Source: Cycas panzhihuaensis (Eukaryota > Plantae > Cycadophyta). From it: a DNA stretch of 64,000 nt. Shown piece by piece: positions 11,946 to 25,149 of the stretch. The DNA is taken from contig CM041465.1 in NCBI GenBank assembly GCA_023213395.1, positions 202,437,741-202,501,740 of the forward strand. Direction: 5' to 3'. Within the stretch, counting starts at the first letter, position 1. Every line of letters begins with the position of its first letter. The notes beneath the pieces are model-generated. The model did not search any database and was not told the origin of the DNA. It was given only the letters and a program-made list of their open reading frames with translations. The position numbers and the translations under genes are program-made.

Positions 11946-12077
11946 AGACACACACATTGCTAAAAGGATGAAGCAAGATCAAGCTAAGAGACATATTTTT
12001 AAATTTTTCTTCAAGTTCACATTTTATAAGTTTAAATAGAAGACAAAGTTATTCGTGATGACCATTAAGGGGGAAAA

Positions 12078-12475
12078 TGTTGGAGTTAATGATCATTACC
12101 CCACTCCCACCTTTCAACCAGGAGTGCACACCTCACTCTCACCAATTTATACATGTGGGTGCTCACATGTGAAGGTAAGTATAAGGTAAGGTTAAGTTGA
12201 TTTTATTTAATTTGAGTTAAGTTTATTTGAGTTAAGTTAAGTTATATTTTATTGTTGTTTGAATTTTATGGGTTAAGGAGTTTCCCTCCTCCCCCAAACT
12301 ATATATTTGGAGGGGTGTGCAACCTTGGTGTCTTTTAGACACCACCTACAATTTGGATATTTGTAATACTCTCTCTTAAACAATGGATTGAATACAAACG
12401 ATTTTCTATTTATGCAACAATGTGTTGATTATATGTTTATGTTCTATCTTGTTCTCCATCGTTTATTTTCCTTCC
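12078..12475 (+). repeat. 3' LTR of element 7066-12475
   Basis: Direct repeat of 7066-7463, preceded by PPT and followed by TSD. Confidence 0.95.
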
Positions 12476-12480
12476 CCTCT

Positions 12481-14560
12481 ATCCAATGATGAGGATGCCC
12501 TAACATTGTCCTTTGAATCAACATAATCCCAATGCTTGTTAATTTTTCCAAACTGCAACAGGCCACTACATCTACTAAGCATTCATCAACTTTATGAAGC
12601 TCTAAAATATTGAGAGCATCATTTCAAAAATTTCAATGTCAAAACTAAAACTCAAACTTCATGAGTCAACTAACCTATCATCACTTAGGCTCAAGCATTA
12701 CACTCCATCTCTGCCTCTTTTCAAACTACACATAATAAAAACCTTACCTTCAAAAATTACTGAGTGATGAACCAAGAGATCTATTATCTACAACTATGCC
12801 ACTAACCATGCAACTAGTAAGCTCTTATCGACTATGGGTATAAAATCAAAATAACCATCAATCATATCATCAAAGATCATTACAATTATAGGCCCACCTC
12901 TCTAAAGATCTACAATCACAAATGCTTCTATAAATATTTTGACGTGGGACTCTTAGCCCTAAAACTAGTCCCTACCATTTGAATGCCTTTCTACTCCATC
13001 TCATCCACAAATAACTAGAGGGAAACTCAAGTCAAATACACTCTTGAAATATTTAACAACAACCTTGATGGTATCACTAGAGTGTGGGCCAAGAATGACT
13101 TGAATCATAGTAAAGGCTTCCTTGCTCTCATCATAAAATACCCCAATGACCACGAATAATACAAAGCATGACATTGATCTTAATGAGCTTAATACTCTAT
13201 CGAATAAGACTATACTTGACACACAACTTATAGATAACATTACCATACACCCAACAATAATTGAAACTTCCATCATGTACTTGAACCACACTATAAGATA
13301 TCAAGCTTATCTAGAAAGTACTTAGGCTTCCTTAAGCATGACTTTTGCATAGTCACACCAACAGATGTTCCATAGTCTCATGGGTGAATTCTATTGACAA
13401 GATATGTTTGAGCTAGAAAGATGCACCCTCCAAACATTTGTATATGCTCAATGATGGCAAATCTCGTGTTTAATCACATGTAGAAGGGCAAGTTACATCT
13501 GTCATCATCACATACTAAAGTGGTAGTCACATCTATCATTATTAGACCACCAATTGAGAAAACATGAACATAACAACACCTCAAGATGTAACACTCTATT
13601 GAGTGGTTCGGCTAACCCAATGTGTTCAATCCACATTCTTGGATCGACCATTCTGCCAAGCATCCCAATGCTAATCGACCTTGCATACACAACTAGTCAA
13701 AATACAACATAGTTCTGGTTTTATAATTGACCAACAACTGCTACAATTAGTGCATCTACACATAACATTATTGTATTGATAATATTAAAGATAATCACTG
13801 TAATAATCAATCACACTCTCAAGACCATCTACACCATGGGTACCACAACTACATATCATACACATTTAGGCCTTTAAAAATGACTTGTCTAAAAATGTCT
13901 TCACTATAGAGTGGAGTCTAAAAATAATAATCCTCCACTACATGTTATCGACAATGATGTGTAAATAGTCCATACGTCATGAGCATCTACCCAACCCCCT
14001 CAGACTAATCTTCACTAAATACCAGAGAATAATACACCCTTCATTTGATTCTCAATCATGTATCATGAACACACAAACCTCAACCTACCATGGGAACATC
14101 AGCCCACTATTTTGCTCTTTATATCTCGTGCTAAACAAATTCACATTTTCACAAAAAAATAATGGTGGTGTATAAGGAACACTTGGACATACACTAATAA
14201 ACACTTGTCCTTAGATCCCATACCAACAACTAAAAGCAACCCATCTATGTTCATTCCCCTGCCTTTAAAATTCAACATAATCATGAATCTCCAACTCAAG
14301 AGGAGAGCATGCAATAACTAGTAATTAATCATCACATACACTAATGAATATCTATGGTCTCTATAATTGAGTAGAGCTTAGGTTCATCTATTATAGCCAA
14401 CTACCTATGCTGAGGTAATTACAACCTCAAGCTGGCAACACTTGACTGCTTCAAAAATCCTTAATAAAAACTCTTTGCCAAAGGTCCTATCTAGTCTTCT
14501 ACACACACTACACCACCATTAATTTGCTTCTTCAAATCTTGAACTCCAAACACCTCAACT
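12481..14560 (+). mobile_element. Very degraded C/A-rich repeat, possibly a LINE remnant (host of element 7066-12475; left part ~6680-7060)
   Basis: Same strand composition on both sides of the TSD. Only faint ORF1/endonuclease-like words; no convincing motif. Confidence 0.25.
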
Positions 14561-15229
14561 AAGCCCATAATCTAACAATAATCATCATTGTCACTAGCAA
14601 AAGGAGCCCTTTCCGGTCCTTGATACACCTTCATTAGTTTTTGGTTGACAACATTTTGAGAATCTAACTCAAGCTTTTCTTGGCCAAAATTTAGTTGGGA
14701 CTGAGTTCCATATTTGATATCTCTAGTAGCTTGCTACTGTAAAATTTCCTTGAAACATTGTTTACCATAAAATTCTTCACCCTTTATTTTATCCATCTCC
14801 TAACAATCCATTTAGGCTTTAGATATAGGCACTAACATAATGCCACCCCTTGCCATAAGTGACGATGCCCTTCTAACACTAGAATCACCTTTTGTACTAG
14901 TATATTATTTTAACACCTCAATCTCTTCGCGAATAAGAAGATTTTGAGTTTTTATCATCACTCTCATTGGCCCAAGCCTCACTTAACATAACACCTTCTC
15001 CACGTTGCTCACCAACCTTCTTAAGCATATCCAAACTATGCCCCATAATAATGATTTTATTGGCATCATCCTCATCATAGGCTAAACTTTGGAACTAATT
15101 GTTTGACATTAGCTTTAGTTCTTCTTGAGCCTTAACATAACTAGATCTCGATTGACCTTTATATTTCTCTACAATAAACCCTTCATCGTTCACCGAATTC
15201 AAAGTTAGGCGAATTAAGACATGCTTCTA

Positions 15230-15681
15230 TAGGCATTTATGGACAAAATGCTTATACTCATGAAAAAATCCATATTTGAAAGGAATCTACTCATAATTAA
15301 TATCTTGCATTCACAAATAATTTTTCATAATGATTTCTATCTATTCTAGAAGGCCCTATATAATATCCATCTCAACACATGTTTAGGCAAAGGATGTAAT
15401 CCTTCAGGATGAAGTGGCTTCCACTACCTTAATAAAGTGCCCTAGGAACAATTCTATAGCCTCAAAAGCTTTATCACTCTAATACTGCAATGGAAAAAAA
15501 GGAAGTTTAATATAGATTGGAATGGAACTAGGAATTTCTTACCCTATGTCAAAATATTTATTCCAAAATCTCATGAGCAACCTACTCTGGGCCATAAACC
15601 AGGGACCCTTATCAAATATCATCTCCCTATCATTAGCACTCTTAAAGATGATAATAAACAAACTATAGCCAACATTGTAGA
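15230..15681 (-). mobile_element. LINE (L1-like) ORF1 remnant: DUF4283-type region plus zinc knuckle
   Basis: Minus strand reads LFIIIFKSANDREMIFDKGPWFMAQSRLLMRFWNKYFD...IPIYIKLPFFPLQY...TSFA*TCVEMDI...YE*IPFKYGFFHEYKHFVHKC. Confidence 0.8.
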
Positions 15682-16933
15682 TGATCTGATTTCAGATCCA
15701 TTAAATCTAAAATACTCTTTAAAAATAAGTATAGAAACATTTGGTAGTACTTATTTTCATATTTCCGACCTTCGTTTGCTAGAAGAATGTTATTTAGACT
15801 CTTAAAATATGAAAAAATTATATTATGGTATGACCATGTTTTACCATAGTACAACCAGTCTAATCCTCGGTGTGAGCAGACCAGAAGTCGGTGTGACGAG
15901 CTTTTACCAAGGTACGACCAATACCATTTTTGGTATGACTAAAAAATAGCAACCCTTATAGAAAACATGATTGACAGGGAAAACAGACTCTGTTTATCAC
16001 AAAATTTTATAGGGGTGTCTATATGGGTGTCCTCTACCTAATTGAAGAAAGAAACCATAGATTTAAACTTATTTTAATTAGTTTTTAATAGATCAAAATA
16101 AGGGATGAAAACATAGAAAGAAAATAATAGAAAAATAGTTTTCGAAGATGAATGGACTTTGGAGGGTAGAAAAACTACCCAGATCTATCCAAAAAGTAGA
16201 GAGAAGCACCAAGAAATTGTATACGTAGCAAGAGGAGTGAGAAGACTTGGGAAATGACTCATATTAGCTTCCCAAATCTGAAAATTTACTCTAAACTAAG
16301 TCTATGCGGGAAAACAGATTTACAAAGAGTTGGGGAAGCAAAACAAATAGGAGCAAGTAATAAAGAGGTACCTAGATCTCCACAAGAGGAGTCCATGAAA
16401 GTTTAGATGTAGTTAGTTAAGGAAGAAAACAACCAGAGCAGCCTTGGGAAGACACCTAAGTTGAAAGAGTTTTCTAGAAGGGTTTTATGGTTGAACAGAG
16501 GGCAGAACCTCACCTAAAAAATTTTGGAAAATATACTAGAGAGTATGCAACAACCTAGAATATGCCCAACATTCATTAATCCATCCCTAATTACTGTAGC
16601 AGAATAGAAAGAGCACAACAGTGTGTATAAGAAACATAATTTTGTAAGAACACTTTTCAAATGTATAATATATAAAATTGTATATTGAATTCTGAGTTTA
16701 TTTCAATTAGTTAAAGTTTTTACTTTTCCATTCAAATTCGGATCAATATTTTTGATATTAGAGCTTAGTTTTTAAAAACCCTTCAGAGTTTTAGGGATTC
16801 TTGAAGAAAAAATAAAGAAAACCCTTATTGTTTTCCCATGTGAAAAGATTATATGAAAACTAGATTTTAGTATCAATTAACTGGCAAGTCTTTGACTGAA
16901 TCACTTGAGAAAGATCATAGCCAGCAAATAAGG

Positions 16934-19900
16934 ATGGTTGAACCAGAGAAAGAAATGGAGAAAAGGTTCATGAATATGGAGCAAAATCTCGATAAGCTAA
17001 GTCAACTTATGGCGCAACTTGTTTCTTAACAAGGTGCATCCTGTTTAACAACCAAAGGTAAGAACAAGGAAGAAGATGAACCAATACAAGAAGAGATAAG
17101 TGAAGGACCTATAAAAGACCAGCAAACTGAGGAAGAAGAAGATGACAATCCATCGATGGCAGTGCATCCATTCAAGCTGCAAATGAAACTTAAACTACCC
17201 ATCTATGATAGAACCATAGATGCTAAAACGTTAGATGATTGGTTGGACCAACTGAAAATATACTTTTTAATTTATGGGTACAAAAACTAGTAAAAAATCA
17301 CTTTTGCTAAGTAAAAACTATCTAAACATATATTAGTTTGGTGGAATGCATGCCTCAAATCTCATAATATACCTGAAATTACATGGCAGTGATTTAAAGC
17401 CCTCATAAAGAAGAAATTCTATCTTATTGGGTATGAAGAGCAGCAAAGGATTAAATGGCAATATTATAGACAAGAAAGATGACAAAATATCTAAGACTAC
17501 GCAACAAAATTTCAGAAGCAAGCTGTTGTGTTAGGCATCTCTTTGCTTGGCAAAGATATAATGCTAAAATATATTAGAGGGCTACGCCAACACATTCAAT
17601 AAGAACTTCAGTTGTTTAAAGTAAAGATGCTTAATGAAGCTAGCAAGAAAGTGATCATCATAGAGAAGAGGAACAAGAAGATGTACAGAGAGAGGAAAAG
17701 GTTTTCACCTCAAGAAGGTAGCAACAAACCTGCCCAAGGAAAGAACTTTCTAGGAAAAGTTGGACAACAACTAATTGGGGGTTTTGGCAAGTAAAATCAA
17801 GCTAATAGTACTCAAATCAAAGTCTCTTGTATGAATTACAAATGAGAAAGTCACAACATAGAATATTACTAGTTTTTATATCTAGAGAAGCAACCCAAAA
17901 ACAAGGGAAAAGTTAAAGCCAAAGTTAAAGGAGATGAAAACATTTATAGCATTGAAGGAGCCAATGAGAAGCTAATGCTCATGGCCAATGCTAAGCCTAA
18001 AAACAACTATCAACAAGTTAATTCAGAGATTAGAGAGGAGCTCTTCATGGTGAGAATCCAAGTGAAGCAAAGCATGGTTGATGCCATCTTTGATAGAGGA
18101 AACCAATAGAACTTAATCTGAGAGGTGTTAGTGAAAAAGCTAGGATTAAAGATGCATGCACATCCAAAACCATATCCTCTTGGATGGCTACAAAAAGACT
18201 CAAAGCTGTAGGTTACTCACTAATGTAAGCTCAAATTTATAATTTCTAAAAAAATCATTGATAAAGTTTAATGTGAAGTGGTTCCTTTAGACGTTTGTCA
18301 AGTTGTGTTTGGCAGCCCATATCTCTATGATAGAGATGGAGTACATCATAGGAGGCTGAGAAAGATTCAACTCATTAAGGATGGGAAATTGCATTTGATC
18401 AATACATCAAAGCCATAAAAGAAGATCTCCCTCATATCCTCTTAACAAGCGAAAAGGCTGATTAATACTTGTGAAAAAATTATGCTACTAATGGTGAAGT
18501 AAAAGATGGAAGAAAAGGAGCAAGTAGAGTCCTTAACGCAGGCATTGAGTATGAAATAATTGAAGTAAGTTAAAGGCCTAAGGAATAGGTATAATGGCAT
18601 ATTCCAAGAGGCAAAAGGGCTATCCTCTAAGAGGAAAATTGAGCATGAAATCCAATTGGTTATCGATTCACCTTTGCCCAACCTTAGTCTCTACCGAAAC
18701 TCAGTTTTAGAAAATGAAGAGATTAAAAAGCAGATTCAAGAACTTGGAATAAGAAGTGATCAACTCGAGTTATTTCCCTTATGGTTCACTTATTATTTTG
18801 GTTTTAAAGAAATATGGAGAATGGAGAATGATCATTAACTATTGGGCTTTGAATAAGTTCACCATAAATAATCGACATCCCCTACCATGGATAAATGACT
18901 TGTTGGACAAGTTGCAGTCCGTAAGATATTTCAGCAAGTTGGACTTGAAATTAGGCTACCATCAAGTTCGAATCTGAGAGGAGAATACTTGGAAGACATC
19001 CTTCAAATCAAAACAATGGTTGTTCAAATGGATGGCGATGCCTTTTAGTTTATGAAACATACTTACCACCTTCATGAGGTTGATGAATGAGGTATTAAGA
19101 CCCTTTATTGATGATTTTGTTATTATTTATCTAGACAATATTCTAATTTTTAGCCATACTTAGGAGGAGGACCTCCAACATGTTAAGCAAGTGCTTAAAT
19201 TCTTCAAGAGTGGCAATTAAGACTTAACCTAAAGAAGTATGAGTTTGGAAAGTAATCTCTCATCTTCTTAGATTTTGTAGTTGGAGGAGGAGAATTGAAG
19301 ATTGACCCAACAAAGATTAGATTCATTCTCAATTGGCCCACACCTAAGACAACCATAGAGGTAAGACGTTTCATTAGTACATGTCAATATTTAAGAAAAA
19401 TTATTTTTAAATTCTCTCAAATTGCAACACCTCTACATGCATTAACGAGAGGGCATGCAAAGTTCCTTTGGGGGAATGAACAAGAGAAAGCTTTTAGGCT
19501 TCTAAAGCAAACAATTTATGACTCACCACTGTTAGCCTTATACTCATTATAGAAGCCATTCAAGTTGGAGACTAATGCTTTAGGCTATGCCATGGGAGCA
19601 GTGTCAAAGCAAGAGGGAAAATCGGCTGCATACTATTCAGAGACTTTTAATGGAGCTATAATAAACTACCCAACTTATGATAAGGAGCTCTATATTGCAC
19701 TAAGCAGTCAAGCATTAGAGACCTTACTTGTTGGGAAAAGAGGTAGTCATCTACACTGACCACAAGACTTTGCAATTCTTGCAGACATAGTCCAAATTAC
19801 AATAGGCCAGGCACATGAAGTGGATGTCCTATTTGCAACAGTTCTACATTGTGGTTAAATACAAGAAATACACATCAAACAAAATTACAGACTTATTGTC

Positions 19901-21410
19901 CAGACCTCCTTAATAGTAAGGTATTTCTAGCTTATTAGCAGCTCTATAATTTCAGCCTTTTTTCCATGATGAATATGATGATTTATACTTGGAAGATGAG
20001 GCATTCAAACCTATTCTAGAGTAGCTACAATAGGGAAAAATAGTTGTTGATTTTTGACTAAAAGATGGTCTACTTTTTAAACATAATAAGCTTTGCATTA
20101 TAAAGCATACAGATCGGACGAAGTAGGTAAGAGAAGCTCACACCTCTCGCGTTACATGACACTTTAGAGTAGGAAAAGCATTGCTGAATTTATAACAATA
20201 CATGTATTGCCCCAATATGTAGCAAAACATGACTACAACAATATGAGGAAGTACATTATATAACACATCAAAGCCGACCAATAGGAAGTTTATATTATAC
20301 ACTCCACTTCATGTTCCGTTGTGACCATGGGAGAATATCTCCATGGATTTCCTCAGAGGATTACCATAAACAAAAAATAGTATGGATTATTTGTTTGTAG
20401 TTGTTGATCGATTCAGTAAAATGGTGGTGTTGATTTCCTATAGGAAGACGCATACAAAGAAGACATAGCTAGATTATTTTTTCAGCATATTTGGAAGCAT
20501 TTTGGGCTTCTAATTCAATCATTTATAATCGAGATAGCAGATTTTTGAGCTATTTTTAGCAAACTCTTTGGGGAATGATGGATATGAAGTTAAAGATGAG
20601 CATGACCTTTCATCCTCAAACAGATGGCTAAATTGAAGTCGTCAATAGGACATTGATACAACTATTATGAGGATACAATGCCAAGCATCTTAAGACTTGG
20701 GATGAAAGTCTCATATACCTGTAATTTGCCTTCAATAGAGCAATTTATAACTCAACTCAAAAATCATCATTTGAGGTATGTTTAGGTTTTTTGCCTACAA
20801 GTCCATTTAATTTAGAATTTTTAGCTCAACTTTCTGTTGGAAATGGAAATAAGGAAGAAGGATAAGAGAAGGCATAAAGATTCTTGGAAAGAATAAAAAA
20901 AATTCATTAACAAGTTGAGGAGCAGCTTTAAAAATCTCACCAGAGATATAAACAAAGGCATGATGCACATATAACCGGTCATTCCTTCAAGGAAAGATAT
21001 CAAGTTTGGTTGCATCTCAACATGAAAAGATTATAAGGTGAAGGCAAAAAGCTGAAGCCTATACACTATGATCCCTTTATAATCTTAAAAAAGATTGGGA
21101 AAAATGCTTTTTAGCTTAAACTTCTAGAATTCATGAAAATGTATTCAGTTATAAATGCTAAGAATTTAAAGATGTTTGAGCCATCCATGTTATATGAAGA
21201 TGAAGTTCTACTTTTATCAAATTTGGAGGAGTTGCAAGTGGAGAAAGAAGAATCGATGAAAAATGATTGCATTCTTCAAAAGAAGTAGACCATGACCAAA
21301 AGAGGCACACTTGAGTCCTTCAGGATTGCAGAGAGAGGACAAGTACCCAACAAAGTAAAATGGTACAACAGGGAGAAGGGAAGAATTAAATTCCCTCATT
21401 TATATTTATA
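16934..21410 (+). pseudogene. gag-pol pseudogene (gag, protease, RT, RNase H, integrase, C-terminal domain)
   Basis: Protease region HPKPYPLGWLQK...CEVVPLDVCQVVFGSPYLYDRD. RT HPLPWINDLLDKL..YFSKLDLKLGYHQVRI. RNase H ETNALGYAMGAV..NYPTYDKELY. Integrase PWENISMDF..VVVDRFSKM. Many stops and frameshifts. Confidence 0.92.
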
Positions 21411-21617
21411 AGGTTCATGAGGCCATGAACTCCTAAAAAGAGGAAGTTCTAATCTAATTTCAAATCTATTAAATCTAAAATACTCTTTAAAAATAAATAT
21501 AAAAATATTTGGTAGTATTTATTTTCATATTTCCAATCTTTGTTTGGCGAAAGAATGTTATTTATACTCTTAAAATACAAAAAAATTGCATTCTAGTATG
21601 ATCATGTTTTGCTAGGA

Positions 21618-21750
21618 TACGACCAGTCTAGTCCTTGGTGTGACCATTCCAGTCCTCAGTGCGACCAGCCAGTCCTTGGTGCAACCAATCCAGTCCTCGG
21701 TGTAACTAGACCAGTAGTCAATACGACCAGGTTTTACTCAAGTGTGACCA
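21618..21750. repeat. ~21-bp tandem repeat (gaccagtccagtcctcggtgt) inside the 3' LTR
   Basis: About 5-6 degenerate units, roughly three more than at the equivalent 5' LTR position (15850-15920). Confidence 0.8.
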
Positions 21751-24700
21751 ATCCCATTTTTGGCATGACAAAAAAATGGCAGCCCTCTCAAAAAACATGA
21801 TTTGACAGGGAGAATAGACTCCATTTTTTATTAAATTTTAGGGGGACATCCGTACAAGTATCCTCTACCTAATTGAGAAAGAAATCAGAGATTTAAACTA
21901 ATTTCAATTAGTTTTTAATGGATCAAAATCAGGGCTAAAAAAATAGAAAAGAAAATAATAAAAAAATATTTTTCGAAGATGAAAAAACTTTGGAGGGTAG
22001 AAAATTGCCCAGATCTATCCAAAAAGCAAAGAGGAGCACCCAACAATTGCATATGCAACAAGAAGAGCAGGATGATATTGATCCAAGATCATCCCTAACT
22101 AAAATCAAGAAGATATTAATGTTAAATGATGGTGATCTAATTTCTCTAGTTGGTGTGAAATTTGATGTGAGATTTTTTGTATTTTTGGGTACGGTGCTAA
22201 TTGTGATAGTAGTCTTTCTATTATTCTCTCAATAGTGGAGAAATTAATGTGAAATGATGGGGCATATACTAAAATCTCTAACAAAGAAGGGTAGATACAA
22301 AGGGAAAAAATCATAAATGTTAGATCATTTTTTTTTTTGAAATCATTATTTGAAGTGGGTGCATAAACTTCAATCTATATAGATGAATTAAAGGATGTTA
22401 TTGGTAAATATTTAGATTATTTATTTCAAGAAAGGTTTGTTGAGGTGCTTTCTTCTTCAAAAATCCATACTAGCATAAGGAACAAGAGGATTAATGAAGC
22501 TCCAAGTATAAACCTAAAGTTCTGTATTAAATTAGATAAATTTTATGTTTAAAAAGAAATGAAGTATAGAGAATGTTGGCTGTGGGAATCCCAATGGGGA
22601 TTCATGCTCAAAAGGCTAATAATTACTATATACCATATTAACTTTATAGAGTATTTATGCAACTCATCCAATGAAAGAAAGGAAAAATATTGTATCTATT
22701 ATTTTATACTCAAAATAGACTGAAATATCAATTAAAATAATATATACCAAATGTAAAAAGACTTACATGTATGAAAGCTTAAATATAAATCCTTCTTCAA
22801 GGAGAGGTGTCTTCCAAAACTACTATCCCTAAGGCCAAATATATAACATATTAGAATTCATAATGATACCCAAGAACAAGGCTGAAGAGCCTTATAAATA
22901 GGTGGGTGGATTAGATCCAGAGAACTTGACCAAAAGAAGGAATGGAGGTTGACCAATATAATTAATAAAGGTTAGCCAAAATATATTTAAAGTCACATAG
23001 AAAATATCATAAATAACTCTTGCTTGAAGTCAATCAAATAGAGCTAGAATGTGTTATTAATAGAGGTCAACCAAACTACTAGAAGGAACACTACAAGTCC
23101 CTTCCCATGAGAACATGCTTTGCCCTTAAAGCATGGGTAAATCTAATTATTGACGGCACCATTCTTCTAATTTCCAAGTTGTATCTTCTTGCTTGAGGGT
23201 CTTCCACTTTATGAGATATTCTTGGATTTCTTTAGAATATAGTTTTTTCATACAAACTTGTAAAATGCCCTCTAGTTCAATAATGATCTTTCCTTTCTCA
23301 TCTGGTATGGGTAATTCCATTTGCAAAGTGATATTTTATCCAAGTTTCTATTTGAGACATGAAACATGGAAGATGTTATGGATCTAACTATTTGAGGGTA
23401 TATCTAGCCTATATGCTACTTCCCTCACTTTATAAATAACTTGATAAGGACCAAAAAGTCACGGTTCTAGTTTATGCTTACTAGTTTGTTACATTATGGA
23501 TTGTTTATATGGTTGGAGTCTTAAGAAGACCCAATCTCTTACTATTAAGGGATCTTTCTATCCTATGCAAATCTATTTGTTGCTTCATCTAATTCCTAAT
23601 GAGGTTTAAGTTTTCTCATTAGTTGGATTGTTTACTTCATTTATTCATTTTGTTCTTGAACAAATTACATGTGGGAGATCTTTGACTATGTGAGGATGGA
23701 TAGAGGTTCAAAACTATATAGAGCTTAGAATGGGGTCATTTTTGAAGAAGTATGATACATGGAATTATACCACCACTCATCGAGATGAATCTATTTATGC
23801 CATTATTGTTGTTTATCTAATGTGAAGTTTTGGAGGTACCCTTCTAAATCTATTTGGGGATGATAGGTTGTATTCATGGATAATTTTATGCTAGCTAGTT
23901 TGAATAATTTCTGCTAGAAATGACCAATAAATTTTGGGTTATGATTACTGACTATTACCTTTGGAAATCCATGTAGGCAATGTATTTATTTTATATTGAT
24001 CTCTACAATTTGATTGGCTTTGTAGTTGCCTGAATCCATCTAAAGTGTGTATATTTTATTAATTGGTCAATGATAACAAAGATGGAATCCTTGCCTTTTG
24101 ATTTAGGCAATCCAATTATGAAATCCACTAAGATATATTCACATTTTTGTTTCGGTATATGTAGTGGTTGCAGAAGGCTGAAGTTTTTTATACTTTCACT
24201 TTTGTTTCTTTAGTAGGTGTCACATTCAAAAATAAACTTTTACATATTCACTTTTATCCCTTTTCTAAACAAAAGTGTTTTATAATTAGTAATATAGTTT
24301 ATCAATCCCTATGTGTTGGATGGTTAAAATAGAGTGGGCCTCATTCAATATTTTTGTCTTCGATGTTGATGATACTAGTACTAATATTTTAACATTTCAT
24401 AAGATCAAGGCTTCTTAGAGTTTATATTTTATTTTCTCTTAAGCATAGAACTCCTTTAGTGCTTTTGATAAACTAGATCGATCTAATATTCTTGAGCCAA
24501 CTATTCTATCTAACATGGAGTAGTTACAAAGATAGCTTGTAGGGATAAATCCTCATTTTTAGTTTCGAGTATCTAGGATAGGATATTTACAATGACTTTC
24601 TCTTTACCCTTTTTGTATAAGATGCTAAAATTAAAGGTTTGGAGTTTACTTAATCCATTTTTATTGTTTGTCTACTAATGTCTTTTAATTAGAAGTATTT

Positions 24701-25047
24701 GAGGCTATCATGATTTGTTTTTACCATAAATTTATTCTCAAGTAGATATTGTCACCCTTGGTGTATAACATGCATAATTGCCAATATTTCTTTATCGTAA
24801 ATAGGTTTAATCCACTCCCTTATGTTCAATTTATAGGTTTCATATACTACCAATCAATCATTTTAGAGGAGGATGATCCTTATGCCTACTCGAGATGTGT
24901 TACACTCTAATGTGAATGGTTGGCAGAAACTTGGAGTTGCAAGGGCAGGTGTTGTGATCATTATAGTCTTCAGTCCTTAGAATGTTTCTTCGACTATCTG
25001 ACTCTAAGGAAAAGTTTCTTTCATTGTGAGATAGGTTAAGGGTATGG

Positions 25048-25149
<102 letters not shown>

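Larger units (their letters stand above)
7066..12475 (+). mobile_element. Non-autonomous Ty1/copia-derived LTR element (gag N-terminus only) carrying captured host gene fragments
   Basis: 398-bp LTR pair at 7066-7463 and 12078-12475, ~32 mismatches by hand count. PBS tgatatcagagcc (initiator-Met type) follows the 5' LTR. Polypurine tract (PPT) aagggggaaaa precedes the 3' LTR. TSD ccttt (7061-7065) / cctct (12476-12480). No protease, integrase or RT present. Confidence 0.92.
15682..22070 (+). mobile_element. Ty3/gypsy LTR retrotransposon (CRM-like chromovirus), 3' LTR truncated
   Basis: 5' LTR 15682-16748. PBS tgatattagagc at 16753-16764. PPT aaaaagaggaag at 21435-21446. 3' LTR starts at 21450 and matches the 5' LTR only to ~22070. 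Confidence 0.9.

Noticed and set aside
21618-21750. Regular short repeats here, at 7961-8060 and at 36309-36505 as CRISPR-like arrays
   Set aside because: Head-to-tail degenerate repeats without unique spacers, in eukaryotic retroelement context, with no cas genes.
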